Assembly (NCBI GenBank): GCA_037128175.1
Contig: JBAXWY010000003.1
Coordinates: 32,001-96,000 of the forward strand
DNA length: 64,000 nt
Source of the DNA: Methanothrix sp.
GTDB lineage: Archaea > Halobacteriota > Methanosarcinia > Methanotrichales > Methanotrichaceae
Direction: 5' to 3'
In this document: in pieces, positions 27,543 to 37,055 of the stretch
Layout: each line of letters begins with the position of its first letter
How positions within the stretch are numbered: position 1 is the stretch's first letter
The notes under the pieces: generated by a model
Told to the model about the DNA's origin: nothing
The model's input: only the letters and a program-made list of their open reading frames with translations
Databases searched by the model: none
Program-made: the position numbers and the translations under genes

Positions 27543-27725
27543 TCAGGCTGAGATTTTGTCAACAGCACAGTACATTATGACTCGTGTTAAGTCGTATTTT
27601 TCTAGCCTCTGAATGCCCGAATCCGCCAAGAAATCCACTAACTTCTGGTAATCAAATTTGATGCCCTCCCGGCGTGATCCTCGGAAGATGTTAGAATTAT
27701 CGATGAATATCATTAGGCGTTTCAA
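27543..27725 (-). pseudogene. Truncated NYN/LabA domain gene
   Basis: MIFIDNSNIF...FDYQKLVDFL...YCA N-terminal NYN motif, stops at 60 aa. Confidence 0.65.
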
Positions 27726-27982
27726 TGAACCACCGCAGCGCTAAATTCCTTCATGAGGTTAAGAAGCTAACTGTTGACTGGAGAGCGAGACTTTGCCCCA
27801 CCCACGGCCTTCCTGCTCGCCCCGGACCTGACCGCGGTCCCGCTCGACCGCAAGAGCTATCGCTGAGAGGGCTTTCCGCTCCCCGCACCCGGCGTGCGCA
27901 CGTGGTAGCCACTTCTGCGAGATTGGGTCCTACGTAGCATCCTGGCCGTCGAGGATGAAATATACCAAAAGATGGCTATTTC

Positions 27983-29314
27983 TCAGGCCTCGTAGATCCC
28001 TGCACCCAGCCACCAGGTATCATCTACCTTGGACACATAGCTCACCTTTGCTTCACTCTGATTGCTGATCGGATTTATCCATCGATACTCATAAAAACCG
28101 CTGCCATTCATGGCCAGGGCACGCATCTCCCGGTTGATGTAAACGCCCTGGTCATTCTGAATATCCATACGGTTTGTTCCCACCTCTTTGGGTAGGTAAG
28201 GCAGGCACAGGGCGGTTCCATTGAAATCTTGGGCAAAGATGTAGACGTCTTCCCTAACCCAACTGCTATTTAGGTCCATGAATTCCGTCAGCGCTTTGTC
28301 CTTGCCAGCCACCAGGGCATGGCTGTAGGCCTCCTCTACAAAGGTCTTCAGCTCTTCTCTGCTGGCCGGTTTCATAGCAGATAGGTTCTGGGCTGAGGAT
28401 GAGCTGCTGAATATCCCTGCCGCCAGCCACCAGTTATCGTCCACCTTTGTGGTGTAGCTCAGTTTTAGCTCCTCGCTCATATTTTCACTTGGATTTGGGT
28501 AGAGGTAGTAGGTCTGTCCAGACCCGGTCCTGGCCAGTTCGAGGTTATCTTTCGTAAAAGCGATGCCATTGGAATCAATGCCATCCAGTCGATTTGTGCC
28601 CAACAACTTGGGCTGGAAAGGCAGACAGAGAGCATTTCCCAGAAAGTCATAGGCAAATACATACAGACCTCCCCTAACGAATTCACCCTCGGGATCGTTG
28701 AAGACCCTGAGAGATTTATTCTTGCCATTCTTCAGAGCATAGTCTCTAGCTTCATCCACAAACGCCAACAGTCTCTGCTGGTCCTCAAAGCTGAAGAGCG
28801 GAGCCTGGCCTGGTAGGTATATGCCAGATCCGATCCACAGGTTATCATCAACCTTGAGAACATAGAGAAGCTTGAACTCAGTCTGGTTCGCCTTTTTTGG
28901 ATTGGGATACACATTGTAGGCAAAGCCCTTGCCACTCTTTGCCACCTCAATCAGATTCTTTATGAAATGTACGCCGTTGGGGTCAACCAGATCCAGGTTA
29001 TTTCTGCCAATCAGGTTGTGCAGATAGGGATGGGCCAGAAGTGTGCCCTCAAAGTCGTAGGCAAAGACGTACATGTCGCCTCTGACAAACTCTCCATTTG
29101 GGTCGCAAAAGGCCTTGAGGGCCTCGTCGGTTCCATTATTCAGAGTGTAATTTCGGGCCTCTTCCAGAAAGGATACCAACTCCATCCTGGCACCATCATT
29201 GGCAAATGGTGGCGCATAAGCGCTCTGATTCGATGCAAGCTCAGCGCTCGCACCTATCGACAGGAACAGGCAGGCAGACAGGGCAAAAGATACTATGAAC
29301 GCAATTAACTTCAT
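27983..29314 (-). CDS. Secreted protein with three tandem single-Cache domains
   Basis: Signal peptide; three repeats of A...F.DP.GEFVRG..YVFAYDF.G..L..P......G.N..D..D.NG...K.SY..KVDD.WW. Confidence 0.88.
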   Translation of the reverse strand: MKLIAFIVSFALSACLFLSIGASAELASNQSAYAPPFANDGARMELVSFLEEARNYTLNNGTDEALKAFCDPNGEFVRGDMYVFAYDFEGTLLAHPYLHNLIGRNNLDLVDPNGVHFIKNLIEVAKSGKGFAYNVYPNPKKANQTEFKLLYVLKVDDNLWIGSGIYLPGQAPLFSFEDQQRLLAFVDEARDYALKNGKNKSLRVFNDPEGEFVRGGLYVFAYDFLGNALCLPFQPKLLGTNRLDGIDSNGIAFTKDNLELARTGSGQTYYLYPNPSENMSEELKLSYTTKVDDNWWLAAGIFSSSSSAQNLSAMKPASREELKTFVEEAYSHALVAGKDKALTEFMDLNSSWVREDVYIFAQDFNGTALCLPYLPKEVGTNRMDIQNDQGVYINREMRALAMNGSGFYEYRWINPISNQSEAKVSYVSKVDDTWWLGAGIYEA

Positions 29315-29417
29315 GGCAATTCCTCATAAATACATAACAGAAAATTAGTTGGATTTCATGATACATAAAAATTTCTGAAAGCAAAACTTATCTATTAAAA
29401 ATCCTTGAATAGTAATA

Positions 29418-29897
29418 ATGTCAAATTTAATGGCAATTGCAAAAAAATATTTGGCGGTTATAGGCATGAAAAGAGTTTTGATATGCATTCTTTTATCACT
29501 AATGTGGATATGTGTGGATTCTGTAAGCGCAGACACAATCTCGGCCCAGATAGACTCGTTCGATTTTCCCTCTGGAGACTGGTACCGAGGATCCAATCAG
29601 GGTGGTGTCAATGTCTGGATAAAAAATACGGGTGATGTAGGCCATCTATTTTGGGTCTCCTACGAAGTGATGGATAGAAGAGGACAGTGGTACAGTGCGC
29701 CTCCCGAGCCGGTATATGCGGAACCGGGCAGCAGCACATATTTTGTTGACCCTGTTTGGCATATTCCAGATGATGCACAGCTGGGCAGCTACCAGGCGGA
29801 TTTATATTTGTATAGCTATTATGATAGCAACACCGGGGAGCTGTCCGAACTGTTGGATCAAGTTGACCAGGCAGGTGCATTTAGTGTTGTAGGATGA
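29418..29897 (+). CDS. Secreted Ig-like hypothetical protein
   Basis: Signal peptide MKRVLICILLSLMW (start may be 29466); VWIKNTG, W.IP.DA..GSY beta-sandwich pattern. Confidence 0.65.
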   Translation: MSNLMAIAKKYLAVIGMKRVLICILLSLMWICVDSVSADTISAQIDSFDFPSGDWYRGSNQGGVNVWIKNTGDVGHLFWVSYEVMDRRGQWYSAPPEPVYAEPGSSTYFVDPVWHIPDDAQLGSYQADLYLYSYYDSNTGELSELLDQVDQAGAFSVVG

Positions 29898-30168
29898 GGC
29901 GCAGCTTGCTGCGCGTGGGTGCGCCGCCGCAGTTTTACTTTTTGACGCAAATTAGTTTCAATCGATGACAGCGAGATGAAGAGCTATGCTAATCAGAATC
30001 CATCGAGCAATTAGGGACGTAAACACGTAGCATCCGGGCGTTATGAATTGTTATGAACTTTTCTTAAACAAATTTAAATAGAAAATATACCGAATATACA
30101 TTAAAGATTGAATCCTTATGGTGGATTCAGGTTGAATGCATCTAATGACGCTTTGAGGAGAATAAAAC

Positions 30169-30435
30169 GTGTTTAATACTGAACGTAAGAATGAAATGGG
30201 AGAAGCTGAGGTAGCGATATGCCCTCTGTGCGATTTAAGGGTAGAATTTATAGGTGCTCCGATGGTTAGGTGTTATTCGACAGGAGAAACGTATGAACCG
30301 GTGAAAATTAGATGGACTCCGAAATCAAAGATCCCGAAAGAAACCGGCTACGATGTGGAGAATATAAGGGGAAATGACAAGGTGCAAGATTTCTTGCCTA
30401 ATGCACATCTGCTGGTAGATGAGATCGAAGCGTGA
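30169..30435 (+). CDS. Small hypothetical protein (CPLC motif)
   Basis: GAGGAG RBS, TTTAAATA box upstream, T-run downstream. Confidence 0.55.
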   Translation: MFNTERKNEMGEAEVAICPLCDLRVEFIGAPMVRCYSTGETYEPVKIRWTPKSKIPKETGYDVENIRGNDKVQDFLPNAHLLVDEIEA

Positions 30436-30508
30436 ATCCTTGTTGGATGCAACCTCTTTTTCAGAGGAACATATAATTTAGAAAAAAGATTTATTGGTAC
30501 AAGAGCGT

Positions 30509-30631
30509 TTACTCGCAGGTATCGAGCAGACTCTTCTTCTTGCCGCTTCTCTTGTCACCGAGTTTGATGGGCTCAACTTTTGCTTCCGGCTCTTCTTTCT
30601 TCTCTACTACCTTTTTTTCATGGTGTGTCAT
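30509..30631 (-). CDS. 40-aa Lys/Glu-rich small protein
   Basis: MTHHEKKVVEKKEEPEAKVEPIKLGDKRSGKKKSLLDTCE; GAGGT RBS and TTATAATT box upstream; below ORF-track cutoff. Confidence 0.55.
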   Translation of the reverse strand: MTHHEKKVVEKKEEPEAKVEPIKLGDKRSGKKKSLLDTCE

Positions 30632-30739
30632 TTTTCGTACCTCATTTTATTCTTGCATCTGATCTTAATTATAACTTCCGGTGGACAATATTAGAAAAAC
30701 CACAATATGCAATATGGCGCCAGAAAAATAAAAATTTGT

Positions 30740-31900
30740 TCAGAGGCTCTTCTGGTCGACAATGCAGGTGGGATCCTCTGCCAATATGTCTCCATGATAA
30801 TGGTAGGCTTTCTGGCGGCATCCTCCGCACAGATCCAGGTATTCGCACTTCCCGCAGGCGCCTTTGAGGTTAGACTTGATACCCCGCAGCGCCAGCAGCT
30901 CCGCACAAGGGTGATCGATCCAGATATCCCGGAAGGAGCGCTCCCGCACATTGCCCACTACCACCTGGGGCATGAAGTGGCAGGGATGCACATCTCCGCG
31001 TTGATTAATGTTGGCCACCTTCACTCCAGTGGAGCAGCCGCCGGCATTGGTCAGCAACTTTCGCACGTTCTCCCGCCGGGGATCGTCCTTTAAGAGTTCC
31101 AGCAAATAGGCTCCATCCATGGGCGAGTCCGTGGTCAGGATCTCAATGTTCTCGCCTTTCAGCTCCTCAGCCGCTTCGGCCAGCAGGCGGATAACGCTGC
31201 GCCGCTGCTCGGGCGTAACGTCCCTGTCGGCCATGCCCGCCCCCCGGCCCGTGGGAACAAGGTGGTAGAGACAGAAGCGTGGGATGTTCTCCTGCACTGC
31301 CAGGCTTAACAGAGCCGGAACATCCTGCCAGTTGTCACGGGTGAGCGTGAGGCGCAGCCCCGTCTTCAGGCCGGCATCGCGGGCGTTTTTCAGTCCCTGC
31401 AAGGCCCGGGCATGCGCTCCGGCCACGCCCCGGAAGGCGTCGTGGCTCTGCGCAGAAGCGGAGTCGAGGCTCACCCCCACGTATCTGATCTGGGCCTCCA
31501 CCAGGAGCCGGGCCACCTCCGGGGTAATCAGGGTTCCATTGGTGGAGATGACTGTCCTCAGGCCCACCTCGCGAGCGTGGAAGGCCAGTGCATAGAAATT
31601 GCGACTGAGAAGAGGCTCGCCGCCGGTGAAGATGAGGATGGGCACCTTCATATCCGCCAGTTCATCCACCAGATGTATGCCCTCTTCCAGAGACATTTCC
31701 TCTCCTGCCTCACGGCCGGCATCCATGTAGCAGTGCTGGCAGGCCAGGTTGCAATGCGTGGTTAAATTCCACATCACGACCGGCCTCTTCTGGGCCGAAA
31801 ACCTGAGCAAATCAGGCGGCAGATTCTGGCATGACTCGGAAGCGCGCAGAGCCTCCCAGACCGTGGCTTGATCCGCCAGAGCTTTGGAAAATATGATCAT
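30740..31900 (-). CDS. ahbC: Radical SAM/SPASM heme biosynthesis protein, AhbC/NirJ-like
   Basis: PVVMWNLT.HCNLACQHCY, GGEPL, YHLVPTGRG, SPASM cysteines; in hem operon. Confidence 0.75.
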   Translation of the reverse strand: MIIFSKALADQATVWEALRASESCQNLPPDLLRFSAQKRPVVMWNLTTHCNLACQHCYMDAGREAGEEMSLEEGIHLVDELADMKVPILIFTGGEPLLSRNFYALAFHAREVGLRTVISTNGTLITPEVARLLVEAQIRYVGVSLDSASAQSHDAFRGVAGAHARALQGLKNARDAGLKTGLRLTLTRDNWQDVPALLSLAVQENIPRFCLYHLVPTGRGAGMADRDVTPEQRRSVIRLLAEAAEELKGENIEILTTDSPMDGAYLLELLKDDPRRENVRKLLTNAGGCSTGVKVANINQRGDVHPCHFMPQVVVGNVRERSFRDIWIDHPCAELLALRGIKSNLKGACGKCEYLDLCGGCRQKAYHYHGDILAEDPTCIVDQKSL

Positions 31901-31907
31901 TTTACTT

Positions 31908-33362
31908 CTACTTCTCCTGCAAAACGGCAAGCATCGCCTCAAAGGTGAATTTGTCCGGCATCACGTCCACTTCCACGCCAAGCCTCGTCAGCTCTTCTGC
32001 GGTGGGCTTGCCGATGACAGCGACTATGCCGGCGGCAAGCGCCAGACGTAGCTCCTTTTCCAGGCCCATGGCCCTGGCTCTCTCCATCAGATAGCGAGCG
32101 GTAGAGGAGCTGGTAAAGGCAAAGATGTCCACACTTCTCGCCCTCTTTATCAGTTCGTCCAGGCGGGTGTCCCCGGAGGGCACAACCTCATAAAGGGCGA
32201 TGTCATCCACAAATAGTCCCGCCGCCTTTAGTCCTTCTGAGAGATACAAGCTACCCTGCGCGCTGCGCAGGAAGAGAATGCTCCGGCATTTTCCCCGCAG
32301 CATCTTCTCCATTCCTGCCGAGCTGTACTCCTCCGGCACCGCTGCCACTAAGCCCTGCTCGGCCAATGCCAGGGCGGTCTTGGGCCCAATGGCCACGATC
32401 ATCTTTTCCGCCAATGCCTTGCCGATGGCCGGGCTATGCAGCGCCATCTTCACACCGTTGGCGCTGGTAAAAGCCACGCATTCTGCTCTTCTCAGCCGCT
32501 CCAGCAGATCTTCGGGCAAAGGCTTTTCCAGCAGAGTGATGGCCGGAGCCTGGATCGGTGCGAAGCCGTAGCTCTCGGCCAGGGCCGCCGACTCCTTCTG
32601 CTGTGCAGCGGGCCGAAGAATAGCGATCTTCTTTTGCCCTAACTTCTTCGCCAGCAAGACCACCTCGCCTACTACCAGTATGGCCGGCGACTCGATCCTC
32701 GCCTCTTTAGCCTTTTCGGCTATATCGGCCAGCGTAGCTGAGATCATCCTTTGCTCCGGCCAGCCTCCCTTTTCTACCATGGCCGCCGGAGTTTGGGGCG
32801 ATTTTCCGGCTTTAATCAGGGCCGCTACATTCTGCTCCAGGCGGGAGACGCCCATCAGTACTACTAAAGTTCCACCAATGGCGGCAATGGCCTCCCAGTC
32901 CAGTGGCGTCTCCTTTCCCGGTTCCTCGTGGCCGGTCACAATGATCAGCGAAGAGGCCACACCCCGGTGGGTTACGGGAATTCCTGCCAGCTCGGGAGCG
33001 GCAATGGAGGAGGTCACGCCTGGCACAACCTCGAAGGGTATGCCTTTTTCCTGCAAGGCCAGCGCCTCCTCTCCGCCCCGGCCAAAGAGATAGGGATCTC
33101 CGCCCTTTAGCCGCACCACGATGTTTCCCGATTCCGCTTTCTCGATGAGAAGCTGGTTGATGCCCTCCTGAGTCAGCTTGTGTCTGCCCGCGTTCTTACC
33201 CACATCGATCAATTCCGCGTTAACCCCTTCCAGCATCCTGGGGTCAAGCAGCCGGTCGAATAAGACCACATCCGCAAGGCCAAGCAGCCTTTTCGCCTTC
33301 AAGGTCATGAGCTCGGGGTCGCCGGGTCCCGCTCCCACCAGATAAACCTTACCGCGTGCCAA
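31908..33362 (-). CDS. cobA: Uroporphyrinogen-III C-methyltransferase/synthase fusion (CobA-HemD)
   Basis: LVGAGPGDPEL, RLKGGDP..FGRGGEE; C-terminal FTSANGV, FTSSST. Confidence 0.95.
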   Translation of the reverse strand: MARGKVYLVGAGPGDPELMTLKAKRLLGLADVVLFDRLLDPRMLEGVNAELIDVGKNAGRHKLTQEGINQLLIEKAESGNIVVRLKGGDPYLFGRGGEEALALQEKGIPFEVVPGVTSSIAAPELAGIPVTHRGVASSLIIVTGHEEPGKETPLDWEAIAAIGGTLVVLMGVSRLEQNVAALIKAGKSPQTPAAMVEKGGWPEQRMISATLADIAEKAKEARIESPAILVVGEVVLLAKKLGQKKIAILRPAAQQKESAALAESYGFAPIQAPAITLLEKPLPEDLLERLRRAECVAFTSANGVKMALHSPAIGKALAEKMIVAIGPKTALALAEQGLVAAVPEEYSSAGMEKMLRGKCRSILFLRSAQGSLYLSEGLKAAGLFVDDIALYEVVPSGDTRLDELIKRARSVDIFAFTSSSTARYLMERARAMGLEKELRLALAAGIVAVIGKPTAEELTRLGVEVDVMPDKFTFEAMLAVLQEK

Positions 33363-34266
33363 ATTCCTTCACCGCCTCGTCTACCAGCTCTCTTCCGCCC
33401 ATCTTCATGAGCCTTCGCCCTATATCCTCTGCCCCGACCAGGGGATCTTCATGCAATGAGATATTTTCATCCAATCGCACAAACCTCTTGCCGTCCAAGG
33501 AGAGAACCTCAGCCAGGACACGTGCCTGGCCGTTGGAAACAATGGCGTGCACTGCCATAGGCACCACGCAGCCGCCTCCTACCGTCTCCAGGATCTTGCG
33601 CTCGATCATGGTCTCAGCTCTGCTGTGCGCATCATCCAGTGATCGGGAATAAAATTCAGCCTTCGACCCCTTCCTGGCTACGACTATTATCGTTCCCTGG
33701 TTGGCAGAGGGAACGAACCTCTCCCCATCCAGTCGCACATAATCATTTTCCAGCCCCATCCTCTCGAGACCAGCCTTGGCCAGGACTATGGCGTCGTACT
33801 CTCCCTCATCCAGTTTGCGCATTCTTGTTTGCAGATTTCCTCGCAAGTTTGTTATCAACAGATCAGGCCTGGCCCGGCGTAGCTGCGCCGTGCGCCGCAT
33901 GCTGGAGGTGCCTACGGTTGCGCCTTTCTTTAGCTCTTCTAAACTTTTCGTCGAGCTGTCCCGGCAGAGCATTATATCGTAGGGCGAATCGCGTTTCAAG
34001 ATCGCACAGATCGTCAGCTCTTCCGGCCTTTTTGTGGGCAGGTCCTTCATGCTGTGCACGGCTAAATCGATCTCGCCGCTGAGCATGCGTTCGTCAATCT
34101 CTGCCACAAAGACGCCAAAACCGGTCAGTTGGTGCAAAGGCTTGTCCAGGAAGACATCCCCGCTGGTCTTTACTAAGATCAGCTCCGTTTCTACGCCCAG
34201 GGATTGAAGCCTATCCCGCACAATCTGTGTCTGGCGAAGTGCCAGAGGGCTACCCCGGCTGCCCAC
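33349..34266 (-). CDS. hemC: Hydroxymethylbilane synthase (true start may lie a few codons upstream)
   Basis: GSRGSPLA..Q, AVHSMKD, GTSS.RR, LRGNL.TR, GGGC..P. Confidence 0.96.
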   Translation of the reverse strand: MGSRGSPLALRQTQIVRDRLQSLGVETELILVKTSGDVFLDKPLHQLTGFGVFVAEIDERMLSGEIDLAVHSMKDLPTKRPEELTICAILKRDSPYDIMLCRDSSTKSLEELKKGATVGTSSMRRTAQLRRARPDLLITNLRGNLQTRMRKLDEGEYDAIVLAKAGLERMGLENDYVRLDGERFVPSANQGTIIVVARKGSKAEFYSRSLDDAHSRAETMIERKILETVGGGCVVPMAVHAIVSNGQARVLAEVLSLDGKRFVRLDENISLHEDPLVGAEDIGRRLMKMGGRELVDEAVKEFGTR

Positions 34267-34268
34267 GA

Positions 34269-35537
34269 TCAGCTTTTCAGACAGGACTTAATCGCCTCCA
34301 GAGTGGTTTGTATGACTTCTGGGCTATGGGCTGCCGATATGAAATCAGTTTCATACTGGCTGGGGGTAAGGAAAATGCCGGCATCGAGCATGCGACGGAA
34401 AAAGGCCAGATAGCCAGTCTTGTCGCATTTCAGGGCCTGGGTATAATTATGTGGCTCCTCTCCAAAGAATATCTTGAACATGGAGGCGATGCCGACAACG
34501 CTGTAGCCCAGCCGCAGGTCGTCTACAATCTCTTGCAGCCCTTTTCTCATCTGCATTCCAGTGTCATTGAGCTTCTCTAGAACATTTTCCTTCTCCATGA
34601 TGTCCAGGGTGGCCATGCCGGCAGCCAAGGAGACGGGACTGCCGTTGAAGGTTCCTGCCTGGTAGATGCCGCCAATGGGCGCCACCTGCTCCATCAGATC
34701 GCGCCGGCCGCCAAAGATGCCCACGGGAAAGCCCCCCCCGATGATCTTGCCTAAAGTGGTGAGATCAGGCTTTATGCCAAAGTGCTCTTGAGCTCCACCC
34801 AGGGATAGCCGGAAGCCGGTTATGACCTCGTCGAAGATGAGAAGCACATCATGCTCCTCGGTAAGATGCCGCACGCCTTCCAGGTAGCCCGATTCTGGCA
34901 GCACCGGACCGATGTTGCCCAGGACGGGCTCCATGATCAGGCAGGCGATCTGGCCGGGATTGCTCCGGAGCACGCTCTCCAGGGCCTCCAGATCATTGTA
35001 GGGCACCTGCAAAGTGTTCTTGGCCGTGTCCGCAGGCACGCCCCGTGAATCTGGAATGCCCAAGGTTGTGGCCCCCGAGCCGGCCTTCACCAGGACGCTG
35101 TCATGTGCCCCGTGAAAGCCGCCCTCGATCTTGATGATTTTATCCCGGCCTGTAGCGCCGCGCGCCACGCGAATGGCCGCCATGGTGGCCTCCGTGCCGG
35201 AGCTGACGAAGCGGAGCATTTCCATGCTGGGGTAAAGCCGGGTGATCCTATCTGCGGCGGCAACCTCCAGTTCGGATGGCGTTCCATAAAGCCAGCCGCG
35301 GGTCATCTGATCAGTCACGGCCCGGACAATGGCGGGATGGCGGTGGCCCAGGATCATTGGTCCGTATGCTAAGCAGTAATCGATGAACCGGTTCCCGTCC
35401 GCGTCCCATAGATAGGGGCCATCTGCTCTGGCCGTGTAAAATGGGCAGGGTGAGATGGCGCGCACGGGGCTGGATACGCCGCCGGGCATCAGCTTTTTGG
35501 CGCAATCAAATAGCCGGATGGAAGAATTAAGATGCAT
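34269..35537 (-). CDS. hemL: Glutamate-1-semialdehyde 2,1-aminomutase
   Basis: [44 protein letters not shown]. Confidence 0.97.
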   Translation of the reverse strand: MHLNSSIRLFDCAKKLMPGGVSSPVRAISPCPFYTARADGPYLWDADGNRFIDYCLAYGPMILGHRHPAIVRAVTDQMTRGWLYGTPSELEVAAADRITRLYPSMEMLRFVSSGTEATMAAIRVARGATGRDKIIKIEGGFHGAHDSVLVKAGSGATTLGIPDSRGVPADTAKNTLQVPYNDLEALESVLRSNPGQIACLIMEPVLGNIGPVLPESGYLEGVRHLTEEHDVLLIFDEVITGFRLSLGGAQEHFGIKPDLTTLGKIIGGGFPVGIFGGRRDLMEQVAPIGGIYQAGTFNGSPVSLAAGMATLDIMEKENVLEKLNDTGMQMRKGLQEIVDDLRLGYSVVGIASMFKIFFGEEPHNYTQALKCDKTGYLAFFRRMLDAGIFLTPSQYETDFISAAHSPEVIQTTLEAIKSCLKS

Positions 35538-35804
35538 GAGAAGTGCTACCCTGCGGGGCAGATTAATCAAACTTGCGAGCCGTCAGGCCATTTGTATTCT
35601 TTATAATTCGTTCTATACAGATGCTCTTTCCGTCTCAGGCCTGCTGCTACTATTATTATTTACGAAAAGTATATATAATATCAACTACAACTCTAACTAT
35701 ATTAGTATTATAAGTAAGTGATGAGAATTAATGCGGCTAAATAGGCGAGCTGGTCAGGCAGCATAGTAATAAAATAAGATATATGTTAGAAGGGATGGCA
35801 CGAA

Positions 35805-37016
35805 TTAGGGGTTTGCTGCCCGCCACCCCGCCTCTTCCACTTTTTGGATGACCGTGCGTAGCGGCTGATTTGTCTCATCAGCTATTCTCTTGCAGTCTTC
35901 ATACTCGGGCTTGACGCTCAAAAGCTCGCCATCCATGCGGCTCACCTTAACCGGAACCTGGTAGATGCAGCCGGAAAATTCCACCTGCACAAGCCTTTGC
36001 TCCCGCTCCGCTACCAGGCGGTGAATGCTGGGAAAAACACGCACGCCCAGGGAGCCCGTCTCCCTGATTATTATTTTGGCCAGCAATTCCGTATCCTCTG
36101 CCCCGGCAATGGCCCGGATCACAAATCCGGCGCGTCCTTTCTTCATAAGGGCAGGAAGAATGGACACATCCAGGGCCCCGGCCTGCATGAGCTTTTCTAT
36201 CAAATGACCCAGCACCTCGCCCGTCACATCGTCCACATTGGTCTCCAGCTGCACAATGCGGTTCCCGTGCGTTTCGTGATTTGGCCTTGCCTTCGCAGGG
36301 AGCGTTTCCGCAACCATGGCCCGCAGCACATTGGGCAGGATCAGCTCCTTTTTGCCTGCGCCGTAGCCCACCCTCTCCGCTCGGATGAGGGGGAAGTCCT
36401 GCACAAATTCGTCGACCAGAGTTGCCAGCAGGGCCGCGCCCGTCGGCGTTAGCAGCTCCTCTTCTACCGGGCCTCCTTTCCAGGGGATCTCGTGAGATCG
36501 CAAGATCTCCATTGCCGCCGGCCCCGGTACGGCAAGCAGGCCGTGCGCCGACGCCGCGTAGCCGCCGCCCACAGATACCGGTCGGGAAAAAACGCGCTCT
36601 GCAGCCAGGCTTTGCAGCGCGGCAGAGGATCCGGCGATGTCGGCCAGCGCATCCAGGGCGCCAATCTCATGAAACCGAACATGTTGCGCGGCCACGCCGT
36701 GCACCCGGCCTTCGGCTTCAGCCAGGGTGTTCAGGGCAGAAAAGGCGTTTTCCAGGGCATTTCCCTGCAGGCTGGAGCCCTGCAAAATGGATTTGGCCTC
36801 GTCCAGGGATTGGTATCTTTTATCCGAGATCACATGAGCCCGACAGGCCATAATGTGGCTCTTTTCCTGGCGGGAGACCTCAAGGCTGCAGCCCACCGAC
36901 TGGACCGCTTCGCGGACAGCGTCGACATCCGCCCCAAGGTCCAGGAGAGAGGCCATTATCATGTCTCCGGAGGCTCCAGCGCTGGGGTCGAAGAAGAGGA
37001 CTTTCATAGCCCGCAT
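35805..37016 (-). CDS. larC: Nickel pincer cofactor biosynthesis protein LarC
   Basis: GASGDM, FHEIGALD, HG...VPGPA, TPTGAALL, ETNVDD, MKKGR, KPEYED. Confidence 0.93.
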   Translation of the reverse strand: MRAMKVLFFDPSAGASGDMIMASLLDLGADVDAVREAVQSVGCSLEVSRQEKSHIMACRAHVISDKRYQSLDEAKSILQGSSLQGNALENAFSALNTLAEAEGRVHGVAAQHVRFHEIGALDALADIAGSSAALQSLAAERVFSRPVSVGGGYAASAHGLLAVPGPAAMEILRSHEIPWKGGPVEEELLTPTGAALLATLVDEFVQDFPLIRAERVGYGAGKKELILPNVLRAMVAETLPAKARPNHETHGNRIVQLETNVDDVTGEVLGHLIEKLMQAGALDVSILPALMKKGRAGFVIRAIAGAEDTELLAKIIIRETGSLGVRVFPSIHRLVAEREQRLVQVEFSGCIYQVPVKVSRMDGELLSVKPEYEDCKRIADETNQPLRTVIQKVEEAGWRAANP

Positions 37017-37055
37017 TATCTTGCTAAGCCGTTAAATACAAATTGGTCATAGCGA

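Noticed and set aside
27780-27950. GC-rich patch as ncRNA or gene
   Set aside because: No convincing ORF, fold or second copy in the window; probably another gene remnant
30509-31900. RiPP cluster (SPASM enzyme plus peptide)
   Set aside because: Enzyme is the last gene of hemL-hemC-cobA/hemD and resembles AhbC; no transporter or protease nearby
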